A stretch of DNA of 64,000 nt from Raja brachyura (Eukaryota). The notes under the pieces were generated by a model. That model made no database searches and was not told where the DNA came from. It saw nothing but the letters and a program-made list of their open reading frames with translations. Shown here piece by piece: positions 1 to 13,869 of this stretch (its first letter is position 1; every line of letters starts with the position of its first letter). The stretch spans positions 5,084,001 through 5,148,000 of the forward strand of contig OY740789.1 of NCBI GenBank assembly GCA_963514005.1, in the 5' to 3' direction. The translations under genes and the position numbers were made by a program.

Positions 1-135
1 AGATAGCGGAGTCAGGGGATATGGGGAGAAGGCAGGAACGGGATACTGATTGGTGATGATCAGCCATGATCACAGTGAAGGGCGATGCTGGCTCGTAGGG
101 CCGAATGGCCTATTCCTGCAACTATTGTCTATTGT
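1..135 (+). mobile_element. CR1 LINE 3' tail (window edge)
   Basis: gatcagccatgatc...ggccgaatggcctattcctgca-ctattgtctattg; similar tails at ~2064-2218, 27580-27700, 35505-35712, 36290-36540. Confidence 0.8.
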
Positions 136-1030
136 CTTGAATATATACAGTAAATGCATCTCTCACCATCCCTCCCTCACCTGTTGTACCAGCTTCAAAG
201 TCGTCTTGTTGAGTCTCACCCAGCAAACGGGTAACAATGACCGGTTTCCTTTATCATCATTAGTTTTTTGCATATCTTTCATTTATTTGTTCTCTATCTC
301 TCTGCCATTGAAAATAAACCAGGACACCCGTTGGAGAGCCACATGGTCAAAGGGAGAACTCCACACATCATGGGAGGTCAAGATTGAGCCTGGATGGCTG
401 TAGCTGTGATCAAGCTGTTTTACTAGTATTGCCACTGCCAAGCTTGAATAATTCAGTAACAAAATTAGAGGATTAATTAGCCTATTTTCCCGATGCACTA
501 TAGTTTGCCAAAGGTCAACCACACATTTTGTATATTATAGGTGGAATGGGTCCATCCGAAAAGTGAAGATGTATTCACAAATAGAAATTCAGCAGGCATT
601 AAGTATATTTTATAACTCAGTCAAGGCCAATTTTATTTGTCACACACACCCGAAGGTGCAGTGAAACTCACCAGCAAATTTTAAACTTTGCTATATTATC
701 GCACCCTACATTTGTACATTTAACATTCATTAAAGTTGCACAGATTTTGCTTCTGATGGCAGGTCAATATTCTTCATTTTGATTTTTGTTACTCGGGTTG
801 TTCCAAGTTTTAAATGCTTTGCTTCAGCCACAACCTACACCAGTGATTTTTTTTTATCTTTTAAAGGATGAGTAGATAAATATTTACGTGAAAGATTGGA
901 CAAGAAAATGACTAGGAATTCAGGAGGTCACGCAGCATTTGTAGCATGCTGGTCAAGACCATTACCTGGGTTACTGTATATATTTGGACAGGTACAGGTA
1001 CCCTCTATTGATTGATATTTGAAGAGCACT

Positions 1031-1921
1031 TTGATTTGATTTGATTTGATTTTGATTTTATTGCTTGTCATTCGAACCTCAGAGAGGCTCGAACGAAACT
1101 CCGTTTCTACAACCAGAACAATTCATAAAAAACACACAAACAATTCAATTGACACAAACATCCATCACAGTGAATCTCCTCCTCACTGTGATGGAAGGCA
1201 AAGTCTTCTCTCTCCCCCGCACCATTTCTCTCCTGAGGTCGAAGCCCCAGACGGGCGGTGCCAAGTCCCACGGCCCTGGAGGCCGCGCTGGGCCGGGTGA
1301 TGTACGGCCCCGCTCTAGGCCCAAAGTCACAGCGCTGGAATGTCCCGCTGGAATGTCCCGCGGACACCGAAGCCGCGCCGGGCGATGTACGGCCCCGCTC
1401 CGGGTCGCTCCAGCCCCGCGACACTGGAGACCGGTCTCTCACCCGGACCCGCGAGCTCCCGATATCCCGACAGTCCACCCGGAGTCGGGAGTCGGGCCGC
1501 AGCGGCGAGCCACCACCGCTCCCCACGCGGGGTTCCGGAGCCCGGAGTCGGGCTGCAGCGGCGAGCCACCACCGCTCCCCACGTGGAGTTCCGGAGCCCG
1601 GAGTCGGGCTGCAGCGCGAGCCACCACCGCTCCCCACGTTCCGAGGCCGGCCAGCCCCACGATGGTGAGTCCGCAGCTCATCCCGGTCGGAGGCCGCTCC
1701 GCTGTGCTAGGCCCAAACGACAACGGAGACCCGACAGGGCAAAAAGTCGGGTCTCCCGTGCAGGGACGAGATTTTAAAGTTCCCCCCCCCCCCACCACCC
1801 CCCACACATACACAGTTAGGAACACGATACAAAAAAAAGACGAACAACTACATTTAACTAGACAAAAAAAAAAGACAGACAGGCTGTAGGGGCCGCTGCA
1901 ACGTGAGTCGCGCCCGCCCAC
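1031..1921 (-). mobile_element. Composite non-autonomous retroposon with a GC-rich 56-bp VNTR core and (TTTGA)n tail on + strand
   Basis: Microsatellite plus tttatt at left; shared hairpin ccatcacagtga...tcactgtgatgg; 56-bp unit at 1488/1544/1600; ends shared with 31801-32416 and 62573-63335. Confidence 0.75.
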
Positions 1922-4900
1922 TGTATCTGCATATATAATGTTATATGCTTGTATCAGGTTGCCCTTGGGCCTCTGACACTCCAGCCAAAATAATCCAAAT
2001 TGTCCAAACCTACAGCTAATAGTCTGTAATCCATGCAACATTCCTGGTGAACCTCTCTTTTTCAAGAAAGAGTTAGCTTTAGGGCTAAAGGAATCAAGGG
2101 ATATGGGGGAAAAAGCAGGTACAGGGTACAGATTTTGGATGATCAGCCATGATCATATTGAATGGTGATGCTAGCTCGAAGGGCCGAATGGCCTACTCCT
2201 ATTTTTCTATGTTTCTATGAACCTCTTCTACTCCCTGTCCAAAGCCTCCACATTCTTCCTGCAAAGCGGCGACCAGAACGACACACAATATTCCAAATGT
2301 GGCTTTACCAAGGTTTTATAAGCTCCTACATGACTTTCTAACATTTGTGCTCACAACCTTCTTTACTGTCCACCTGTTATCACTTTGGGGGAAGCTGCGG
2401 ACCTGCACCCCAAGATCCCACTGTACTTTAGTGCTCGTAACATCTACTGTATAAGTTTCTCCGACATTTGACCTCTCAAAGTTTTACATCTACCCGAGCT
2501 GGGAAACAATATCTTGGTTTAAAGTCTCATCTGAAAGCGATAGCGTAGACTCCACTCAGTACTCCACCGTGTGTTAGCCTGAAATTTTGCGATGGTTATC
2601 TGGAGTGAGATGTCGAAAGCAACTTTGTTTTAACTTTTAGTAACGTGGCCAACTGAGCATAACTGATATGGTATGGACTTCTGTTTAATAGACTTTGGAA
2701 TCATCACTGACCTATACCAATTCCCAGTTCACCGTAGAACATTCTGTGGTATCCCATTGATTGTGGTAAAAGGTTGTGGTTGTTGCCAGCAATGTCCGAA
2801 TTTGTAGCCTATTCATAATTGTGCTTAAATGTAAAGTATTCATAATTCCCAAGTCCACCCCTAGTTGATATGACTAGAAAATTCATGTTCAGTGGGACGT
2901 CAAAGTTACTTAACTCCCAAATACGTACATTTAAATGCATTTAGTGTAGGTTTTGAGATTGCCCAGTAGTGCCCCTATCTGGGGCTATTCATCCTCCTTG
3001 ATTTATTGTTTTATGCTCTTGACCTAATTGCTTCCCATTCTCAGATTTTGAAATTTTGAATTAACATTACTCATTCCTCTGATTGAAATCCTTGCTAACA
3101 TTGGTGAATGGTCTATTTTTAAGATTACCTTCCTGTTCCAGATTCCTCCTTCACCACCTCCTATCAAGTAAAAATAGCTTTGTGCTGTCTACCCTCCTAA
3201 ATTCTTCAACCACATTTACCTATTTAACTTCCAGATTAAATTCTATTCGACATATTTTATTAATAAAAATGGTTACATGGCTTGCGTACGCTTAATTGGT
3301 ATTTTAAATGAATTTTATGGGGTTTTGAGGGTTCAGACTTGCTCAATTACTTTACCATAACATGCAGATGATTGTTGCCATAAGTGGTTAATAGCTACAA
3401 AAACTATTTACTGGCAGGGTACATTATTTTGGCTCTGTACTTGCTTAAAATAACTTTACTGACAGGTCTAGAATAGTGCGTGCTTGAGCTTGACAGGATT
3501 AACTGCCATGTTTTTGCACATTTATAATGGAGCAGCCAAATCAGACTTTAGTTGAGAGTTGGCATTCTTCTCTGTAAATTTTAACTTTGATAAAAATATT
3601 TGTTGTTCTATAAAGTCATAGTCACTGAGATGTACAGCACAGAAAGAGGCCTTTTGGCCCACTGATTCCATGCCGACCATCAATCACCCATTGACTGTAA
3701 TCTTATTTTTATTCTCTCCACTATCTCATCAACCTTTCTGCAGATTCTAATCCTCATTTATACACTGGGGTCTATTCACAGAGGCCATTTAAGTTACCAA
3801 CCCGCATATCTCTAGGAAGCGGGAAGAAACTAGAGCACCTGGAAGAGGCGTCACAATTGAACCCAAATCTTAACAAGTAACAAATTAAATCAAGAATAGC
3901 ATTTGCTATTCATTATTGCCCTTTATCAGAAACAAAAAATAAGTGGCATTTCACATCAGGAACTTTAACTGTGTTTGATACTACCATTTGAAAATGTCTA
4001 GTGCTCTTTCTTTCATATTGATACAGAGTAGGAGTGTTCCAAGTCCTCATCCATGCAAAAGTCTTTGATCATAGGAACTAAAAACAATCAACCATTACTC
4101 AGCAGATCGAGCAATATCTGTGAGGAGAAATGGCCAGTCGACATCTTACGGTTAATTTCTTAAAATTAACTCTCCTCTCAGACATTTCGGGTCAGGAGTC
4201 TTCATCTGGACCGCTGTTTGTCAATACACCTATTATATTTGTAAAATTTAACAGATACTGTGCTGCTTTCTCATCCTTCAGCACGGGTTCAATGCCTAAA
4301 CGTTGTCCTGCATGAGCAGTTGTCTTTTGCAACGTTACATGCTGATAGGAACTGGTGTACTTTTGTTCCCAAAATGGAAAGCAACTGCCCGCATGACCTT
4401 TTCATAACTGATTTCTGGGGCATGATTTTTAACCAACTTTTCCTGTTACAAAAGCTGCAGGAATAGCTGTAAGGTATCATTGTCTCAGCCTACATTTGGT
4501 TTCATAGTTGTAATAGAATATACTTTTATTACTGACGAGCAAGGAGCAGTGTTGCTAGAATTGTTTATTTGGAGTTATTTAAAGTAAAATAATTCAAGTT
4601 ATATTTTGCACCTGTTGATCAGAATATTGCATAACCTGAAAAAAGTCAGAGGCAATAAATATTCCCACCATGGAGTTTCTGGACAGAAATGTGTAAACTT
4701 TTGTTGATTTTTGAGTAGAAAAACTACGATTCGGTTTCATCTGAGAATGAAATGTAATTTGTGCCAAAGCTCTGCTTTCAGCTTTTTGTAAATATTGTGC
4801 ACCCTGATTATTTTTTTCTCTCAAAACACTTTTTGTAGCTATTGATCCTTTTTATTTGGAATTTGTATTGTGAATGAACCGTGCAGTTGCTTGCCAGATT

Positions 4901-7006
4901 CTGGTCCTGTATCATTCAACTAGATTTGACTTTAAATCTTGGGTAATAATGTGTTACAGGTAGTGTGATGTTAAAAGTTGTGAATGGTGCCTGAAGAGAG
5001 AATTCGCACCATGGAAATACATTTAATAATAATATGTACTTACTCTCAGATCACTTTAAAATCGTCAGAAGTGATGATTTACTTGATTTGACTCAACTTT
5101 TGATAGTTTAGCCAATCTTTGCAATGGCAGTGAAGTATGCTATTTACAACACTGTGGTGGTGATGGTTAATAGAGCTTTCACAGGGAGTGATATTACACA
5201 TTTAATAGAAACAGCTGAATGTTGAACTTTCTGGTTGGGATTGTGATTTTGTTTTCCATTCCTCAATGAAACAGCAGTAGATGATATGGCATAAGGCAGC
5301 TCTTAACAATGATATGTAGTCCCAGGGAAATGAATGCTCCAGCCAAATTGACAATCAGATTTTCCTTCCTCCTTTGGGATAAAGCTCATGGCTTGTATTC
5401 TGTCCCTTCTCCATGAAATGCCTATGAAAGGGATCTATGTATCCGAGATTAACATTCTTGTTGCTCCATGCGTTGTCACTTTGATTACTGTAAGAACAAT
5501 CTAACAGTGAGGAAAGCAATTCTCTGAGGATATGCTGAGAGGTTAGTTTGTCAGCGTTTTATGTCCAGAACTAGTCCTTTATGTAGACACAAGGATCTGC
5601 ATGTGCTGCTTTAAAAAAACCCCACAAAAGTGCTGGGGTAGGTCAGGCAGCATCTCTGGATTCGTGACATTTCTGGTCAAGACTAAAGACCTGAACTGAA
5701 ATGTCACCTATTAATGTTCTCCAGACATGCTGCCTGACTCTCTGAGCACCTTGTGTAGTCCATTACATAGTGTTTTGTTGTTATTTTGATAATGGGGATA
5801 TCCAAGGTGCCAATAATCCATAAACAACATGGGACAGAGTATTAAATCCCCTTTACCTTTTTTTTAAATGGGGGGGGGGATTTGGAGAGGCTGGGGAAGG
5901 TAGCAGAGTGTTTGGTAGTAGACGTAACCTGTGAATACCCTTCCCACTGTGTCCTCCCTGGGAGTCCTGATTTTAAACTTTTGTTGTGATGATAAGGCGA
6001 TACTAGGTTTGGTCTCCTGAGAATGTGGTGATTCTGTGAAATCAGAAGTAGTCTTACTGTTGTGACTGTTCTTGCTGTCCTGGTTAAAAATCAATCTCGA
6101 TCCCATTGAAGTCCTCCATATTGTGCATTTTCTGATCTGTAGCATTCAGATCATAAATACAGTAAATGGATTGTTCCTTGAATAGATTATAGATTCAGCA
6201 TCGTAATTGACTAACAGAAGCATGCGTTTTAATTAAAGATCCAGATCTACTTAAAATTTCTTAATGTAATCCAATTTGCTCCAAAGATTTAGTGAAACAT
6301 TCGGCTGTCATTATTTCCAGTTTTGTACCAGGGGTGCTACATTCAGATTACAGCATATTAAAACATTTTAAAAATCAGTTATAGGTTGGTCCAATGTTCA
6401 GTGCAATCTCTGTTCAGCGCTTTCTATTCCAAGGAGGATGTAATTCACCCAGAGGGTTCAGAGGTTGTACCCACGTGCTTTAAGCAATTCCGTAGATTTC
6501 AACTGTGGCTGAGATTGGACGCCATTTGTAATTCTTGAAAAGCTGGAATAGGTGAATAAATGCGTATTCTGCAGCCTTTCACTTTTGTACTATTTAATCT
6601 GATGCAATTAATTCTCCGTCATTTTTTGTACAGGCGATTAGCGGCATGCCATTTAATTGAACAGCAGGATGCTGATGTGTTTCATGCACTGTGACTGTTG
6701 GTGTTGATGCAGCTACCCTTGAGGACTCAGTGCTTCTGTGAATGTTCTGCATGATCCTGCGTTACTGTCTAAGGATATCAAAGGAGTTATTGTTGCTCAC
6801 GATTGCAGAAGCTTGCAGCTAATTAATGGCTCATTTCTGAGAAGCGTATGCTTTGAATTGTAAGGTGGGAATTTGTTGAGTACTGTCAAAGTCATGGGGG
6901 GGTGGGGGGTGGAGATTTAGTCTGCTACCATATTTGTTTAGAGGGAGAAGCTGTCTTCTGTAGCTTTTATTTTAATCAACTTTATTGTTCTAATTTTCTT
7001 CCACAG

Positions 7007-7203
7007 ATTCGTGCTCTTTGTTTTACGCAAGTTTGCATTTTAAGATTTTGACCCAGGATTTTGACAATCTTAAAGCAAGAGGGGACGTTAATGTGGCAGG
7101 GATAGTTAGGGTAGACGCGCAAATTGTGATATCGGCAAAATTTTTCACCTTGGATTCCTAAACTCCAGGGGTGAAGCACATTCACTACGTCCACATATCT
7201 ATG
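7007..7203 (+). other. Candidate non-coding 5'-UTR exon of DICER1
   Basis: Branch-like ttctaat plus polypyrimidine tract ending ccacag| at 7006; donor atg|gtgagt at 7203; lies in repeat-poor DNA; no transcript evidence. Confidence 0.4.
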
Positions 7204-7852
7204 GTGAGTAGTCTGATTCTAATTCACTAAAATTAAAAATATATATTCCTTCCTCGGATAATTATTTTGCCCTTGGCTGCTTGACTGCCGGTGCCGGAAT
7301 CTACGACAAAATTGCAAAGGTCACGTTCATTGCTGCAGCAACCATTCACTGTGCTCCATTGTTTGGCATCCACACGGGAAGCCGCAGCTGCCTTTGGCCT
7401 TCAGAATGTGAGAGATGGCCGTTTACAGGCGAACTGCTTTGTTCCAGTAGGTGCTGTGCGCCATTAACATGCTAATATGGGTTACGCTAACTGTTCGCTT
7501 TTTGAACTTCACAAAGTATGTGAGATGTGGCCTGTCTGGCTGGACGTTATTTTTTTTAAAAATGTTCAATATGCAATTAGTTTTTTTGCCCGTTTTGTTT
7601 TTAATTGCGGTATGTAATTCCCACTCTTTGAGAAGCATTGCAGTATTTTTCTTGCGAGCTATCTACGTACGTTAAAATCACTCTTAACGAGGCAGTCTTA
7701 TTTAATTTTAAGCAGGAAGGAATGTAGAGATGGGACAAAAATTGTTTCTCAAATAGCTTGCCACTTGTTCCATTCTTGCCATTGTGTTGTGCTGGTGCCT
7801 GCACTGTGCGCAGTGCTGCCAAAACTGTATGTAATCATGTGGCCTTTGCCAA

Positions 7853-7875
7853 CCCCCCCCCCCCCCCCCCCCCCC
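7853..7875. repeat. Poly(C) homopolymer
   Basis: Run of ~23 C. Confidence 0.9.
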
Positions 7876-9759
7876 AATTTTCCTTGACGGTCTAGATATG
7901 GGTAGGAAAAACGGCTACAGAATGGCAAAGGCATGTAGAGTGAGCTCGACATTTTTAAGAACTTTGATACTTAAGGAATACAGGATTGTGCTGGAAACCC
8001 GGTGACTCTTGTGTAGTGCCTCAGTGTAATCTACTATATTTACATCCTTGTACTCAAGTACGATTGTGCTTATGTATAGACGTTTTGTTTACTGAATTGT
8101 ATGCAAGAAAAGGAATTTAATGTGCCTAGGTACATGTGATAATATAGTACTCATGTATCATATAGACTAGTGAATAAAAATATCCTTGAAACAAGGTTCT
8201 CCAGATAATGTGTGCCTTTGTTTATTCGTATCAGTGTAATGTTTTTGAAAGCAAATAAAAAGTATTTCCCAACTAAGATAGAGCAAATATGTCAAGGTTG
8301 CAGTGAGATTTCCCTGGTTGCATGAGACCTCAGCTCCAGGGACTAACAATGTAAATACACTCTGACAACAGTATCCGACAGATTTCAAATTTGTTTTCTA
8401 TGGAATTGTGTCCATATTATTCTGGTACCAAATTGATTTCTTTCTCCGGCCGTAATATAGCTCATTGCTATAAACTGACAGCTTTTCTTTTAATTTTTCC
8501 TTGATTCTTAGCCATGGAATCATCTCCTTTAGTCCTTGATCTTTCAAAGGTATATAATTCTTTGAAAGTGGCCTCAAAGGGTGGTAAAGAAGGCCTTTGG
8601 TACATTGGCCTTAATTCGTCAGGGTATTGCGCATAGAAGGTAGGACATTATTTAATATTATGGAAAACATTAATGAGGCTGCATGAGTACTGTTTTTAGT
8701 CACTCTGCAATAGGAAGGATGTCGTTAAGGTGGAACGAGTGTCAGGTTAAGTTCCCGACGGACCGCAGCCAATCACAGCAACAGGCCTGGCTTGCTGCGG
8801 GTAACAAGCAGCCTGGCGAGATTGCCACCGAGCCCGGCCTCTGCTTGCCCTGTGCACTGGAGAGGAGGGAGCCAGACAGAGGTCCGGCAAGCGGGCTGGC
8901 GGCGGGAGACATTGCAGGGCCTCGGTGATGGAGAGGGCTGCTGTAGGCCCGGCTACAGCCTGGGGCTCCTCCTGTGGTCTGACGAGCTGTGTCTGCATTC
9001 TAATTGGAGACGGAAGGTCGTCGAGCCTGGCCCCTGCTCACCCCGTGGATTGGGAATCGGAGAGGGGGTGTAAGGAGATGGCGGCAGAGGCTGGACAAAG
9101 GGCCCGGTGAGACGAGGCAGGACCTTCTGCGCCCTCGAGGTCAGCTGCGGGAGGTACGCCTGGGGAACAAGGGCTGAAGAGGGTCAGGCATGGAGAGAGA
9201 CATCAGATTGCGGGACAATCAAACTTGAGGCGATGGGAGCAACAGGCTTAGTGACGAGCTGCAGCTGGGTCTGTAACCTGGTACACATGACAATAAAGAA
9301 ACCATGTTTAGCATAAATATCGTTGACCAATGGGCCTGTTCCTTTGCTGTTCTCTTATGGGAAAAGTGTCGTCGGGGATGATGCCAGGTTCAGCTTTGAC
9401 CGCGCTAACACTCGCAGAAGGGTGAACTCGTGATACATTTTATTTACAGTTGTATGAATGTCCACGACCACAAGGGGGCACCGTCCATCGCTGTCAGGGC
9501 ATATGTGCCGTGTAACAGGTGATCTTGGGCTTGTCTGGGTAGCTCAGTCCAGGTCTTTATAGGAGGTGATGTAGTGATCTCGGGCTTCTCCCGCAGTTTT
9601 CCCTTGCTTTGAGAGGAGACACTGGTGGTGTCGGGTTTATCTTGGCAGCTCAGCATTGGGGCTTGAAGAGGTGGTCTGAGTTATCCTGGCAGCTCAGTCT
9701 TTGCCGCTATGTGTGGCCCCAGTTCCTCGTCCGTGGGCAGGAATAGGCACTCAGTCTTA

Positions 9760-10451
9760 AGGGCCTGTCCCACTTGCGTGTCCTTGGCACGCAAATTACG
9801 CGACCTCGTGGTCGCGTTGAACCGCGACAGTCCCGCCCACGAAGGTCGAGCGCGACTTCATGCGCCCGCACAACCGTCTGGAGAGCATGACGTCATTTGA
9901 AGACGGACACAAAATGTAACTCAGCGGGACCGGCAGCATCTCTGGAGAGAAGGAATGGGTGACGTTTCGTGTCGAGACTTCTTCAGTCTGAAAGAAGGGT
10001 CTCGACCTGAAATGTCACCCATTGCTTCTCTCCAGAGATGCTGCCGGTCCCGCTGAGTTACTCCAGCATTTTGTGTCTATCTTCAATTTTCTTGGCCCCG
10101 CTCTGGGAGTAGGAGTGGGGGCGGATCCGGACCGCAACGTCCGTGAGCCCCAGGCCGTGTTCGGCAATCGTTTGCCTGCTTGTGCTGATGTTGCAGGTGA
10201 GACGTTGCGTCGCGCCAGGGTCTTGGGCCTGTCCCTCTTTGGCCGTCAGTTACGCGACAGGCCGTTTGGGGGCGAAGATTTTGTTCGCTTCAAAAATTTC
10301 GGAGCCCCGTGCGATGTCGCGCACAACTACATACCCCTCCGCGCTTCTCAGTGGGACCGGCCCCGCACGGCCATACGATACCCGTACGTCTCAACGCAAC
10401 CACGAGGTCGCGTAATTTGCGTGCCAAGGACACGTAAGTGGGACAGGCCCT
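9760..10451. mobile_element. PIF/Harbinger-type MITE
   Basis: ~65-bp TIRs agggcctgtcccacttgcgtgtccttggcacgcaaattacgcgacctcgtgg...; TTA duplication at 9757-9759 and 10452-10454. Confidence 0.82.
9906..10077. mobile_element. Palindromic pLTR-derived element nested in a MITE
   Basis: Two inverted pLTR copies joined at cttcag-t-ctgaaag (~9981-9994). Confidence 0.85.
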
Positions 10452-13400
10452 TTAGCCTCAATAGAGGCACAGGCTGTCTAGGGCTTCTTCCCGGCAGCCC
10501 AGTCTTGACCCCACAGTGGCACTGGGGGTTTCGGGTTTGTGCCAATGTCTCAGTCTTCCGTGAACCCGCGATAGGGGAACACAGCTAACACCTCTTTTCC
10601 TCTTTCTCTTCTGCTTTTCTCACCTTCTCCCCTCTGGCTGGAGTGCCTTGATTTTTTATATAAAATAGGCTGGACATGGTTCAAGTAGCCAACTAATATC
10701 AGCTAATTGGATCCATCTGTTCCCAATAATGCTGGGGATTGGCATCTCCTGGTCATTCAGCGAGTGATAGGGATCACTGGCATCCCAGGGATGGGGCGCT
10801 CTCACAGAAGATTAAGAGGAGGCAATAGGTCCTTTAACCAGTTCTTTGTGTTTACGGCAGACAAGCAAACAGTTCTGAAATTTAGCCCCTGAATACGATT
10901 TTGTTGCAGTTGTTTGGCTGGCGTGGTTGAAATATCTAAGTTGTCTACAGTATATTTGGCGCCGTATTTAACTATTACATTCTGATATTATCCTTGCCAC
11001 TGCCAACAAAGGGCTAGAAAGGGTCAATGGGATATTTTGAACAGTATATTTACAAATACAAATTCATAATGTATTATATAAATCCAAAATGAAGATGAAA
11101 TGAATAAGGGAAGAAATGAAAGAAGTGCAAATTCGTAGGAAATGCCATTAAAACTCAGTTTTGTTATTGTTTATTAATGCCCAAATGAATTTGTTATTGA
11201 TTATTACTGCCCAAAATTGCATATTGTAGTGAGATTTAATTTATCTTGTGTGCTATGCAGCAGTTAAAAGTTAAATATAAGTTTCTGATCTTTAAAACCT
11301 GTTATTCATTACTCTACACAGAGTGTTAACATTCTCTTAATAAAGCACTGACATTAATAGGTAATTGCAATGTAGTGATAATTAGTTTAGTGTTCTTTTA
11401 GGCTTGGATTGAATATGGATAATTTAAAGTAGCACTAGGCAAGATTCCCAGGGTACAGATTCAGAGTTTTCATTTATGTTCAGCTTTTCACTGTTTATTT
11501 CATGTAGTATTTCTCCGTATACCGGCACATCAAAAGACACAATAAAGAATCCCTTGCCATGCTTGGTAACAGTTGTGTGGTTAAATGCAGTATTGAGTTT
11601 TGGTGTGCTTATACCTTGTGACAGCATTGGCTGTGGAGAGGATCTAGGAAAACTAATCTTTGGATTATGTTATGTATTCGATCAAGTCTTAGTTTAGTTT
11701 CTTGTCTGAAAGGCATTTCCTTCACTCCACTGATTTACCTAAGTGTCAGATTAATTTAAGTGCTCAAGTCCTGGTGTGGGTTTAGAATTCTTGGCTTTCT
11801 GCTTGACATACGCTTGTACCACTAAGTTGAGCTGACATTTTGTTGACACTTCTGTGCCTTTACTTGTCCAACAAACAAATGTGATAACTCGTTTGGTGAG
11901 CTTGTTACTCATGTTCCTGGAACAACCATCAATGTCCAGAATCCAGAGGCAATCTGTCAGTGGGAACAGAGCGTAATTGAGCTTTTTTCTTCCTCGGGCT
12001 ATTCCTGCTCAGAGAAGCTTGACCTTGGATTCAAACCAGCAAAGCATCAATGTTCGAGGTATGTCAATAGCTACAGACAGCACGTGTATCATCAACTGCT
12101 CTTTTATCTTCAGCATTTTCATAATGTTCTGAAATTTTAGAGCATTGTCTTTTGTTTAATGAATCGGCTAACATTGCAATTTAAGATTTCCAAAGATAGA
12201 CACAAATTGCTGGAGTAACAGCATCTCTGGAGAAAAAGAATAAGTGATTTTTCAGGTTGAGAACCTTCTTCAGACACATTTCCAAATCTGTATTTTGGCT
12301 CGATAGAACACTTTGAACTTAAAGTGAAAATGTAAAGTTCTGAGGTTTACGGATCTCTGATTGGTGTTAGTGAAATAACTGTTTTATGGTTGTGAACAGT
12401 ATTGATAATATCCTAATTAATAATGGAATATTTTATTTAGTAAAGATTAATTTGACTTCTTTGAGTTTTGGGTTCTGAGTAAATGAAAGCTTTGAAATTT
12501 GGGTTCTGTAGAAGGGCTGGGTAATCAGGAAATTGGAGGCCAGCATTCAAACTGCATCCAAGCTGCCTCCTGTTGTGCCCAAGCAAAATATATTGACAAT
12601 GGTGAGATGGGATGTACTTCCTGAGAAGGTTCTGGCTTCTGTAAACAGAAGCCTTGAGAGAGGATAAGCTTTCTGAAACGTTGGACAATTGATAAGGTTC
12701 CTTACATTGTTTAAGAAGGTACTGCAGATGATAGACCTTTGATTAACTTCCTGTTATTTGGGGGTTTCGTAACTAAAGTTTGTGATCAATATAACCATAG
12801 CATGAGAAGTATTATATTAGTGACCAGCATACTTTGAATGGGTAGAGCTGCGATTGATATGTTAGACGTCATTGCTGCAATTCTGTATGAACATGTGACG
12901 ATGTTCCCGAAATACTATAAAAAGATTCTGTAAGTCTTCATTCATTACAGTGATGGCCTAGGAGGAGTTAAGTATCTGCTGTATGCTTGACTTTGTATCT
13001 CCTAGCACTCTCGCCGGCTAAATGATCAGTAAAGCTTGTGTTGGTTTTACCTAACTTATTGTAAGTTGTCTGTTTTAAGAAAATTAACCTTAACAGTATC
13101 TTAAGGCTGAATTTTACAAAACGTCGTCAAATTTTGGTATGACATATCACTTTTTGTAATAGTGTGATATTGCACTATCTTCTGAAGATCATGCTGAGTT
13201 GAGACGTGGATTTTGTTTTCAAAGCACAGCTGTGGTGTGGATTCTTTTAAAAAAAAGTCGCAGTTTCGGTTTACCAGTTCCTTAAAAACCTTTAGTGAGA
13301 GGCTGTGGAGTCACTTGCCTCAGTCACTTGCCTCAGTGTAAAGCTTGGATTCCTATGGCACAATATAAACCAATTCACTACTCCCTCAGGCTTGGATATG

Positions 13401-13869
13401 TGCGGTATTTAATTATTTGATTGAAGTGGTTATCTGTGTGGTAAAGAATCCTGGTTGTAATTTAACGTTGTATTGAAATTTAACTGTCAGTGACAGCAAT
13501 AAAATTGACGACAATGAACTCAAAACGATAAATGTAGATATTTCCTAAAAATAATATTGGAATGTGAGATTTTGAAAAACGTTAATATAAGGGCCAATAT
13601 CACATATTGACCATTTTTGCATATGTAGAGTATGAATCGTGTCATCTGAAAAAATGATGGGATGACTATTAATAATTTACTTCAACGTTTGAAAATAAGT
13701 AGAATTAGTTTGTCTGGAGCAGTTGGGGGAAAGTTGGCAAAAATATAATAAAATACATGATTTCTTTTTTGAAATTAGTGCAATCTTCAGACGTTAAAGG
13801 CTTAAAATGTACAAGAAAATAACATTTTCTTAGATCACCCCCCTCTAACCGCTGTTGGTGCTCCAGGTG

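Noticed and set aside
1488-1640. CRISPR-like regular repeats
   Set aside because: Contiguous tandem units without unique spacers, eukaryotic intron context, no cas genes.
1046-2065. Long overlapping ORFs (274, 208, 176 aa)
   Set aside because: Stop-poor GC-rich VNTR of a retroposon; open in several frames on both strands, low complexity, no domain motifs.
10022-10588. 188-aa ORF
   Set aside because: Runs across pLTR, MITE and flanking repeat boundaries; no recognisable protein.
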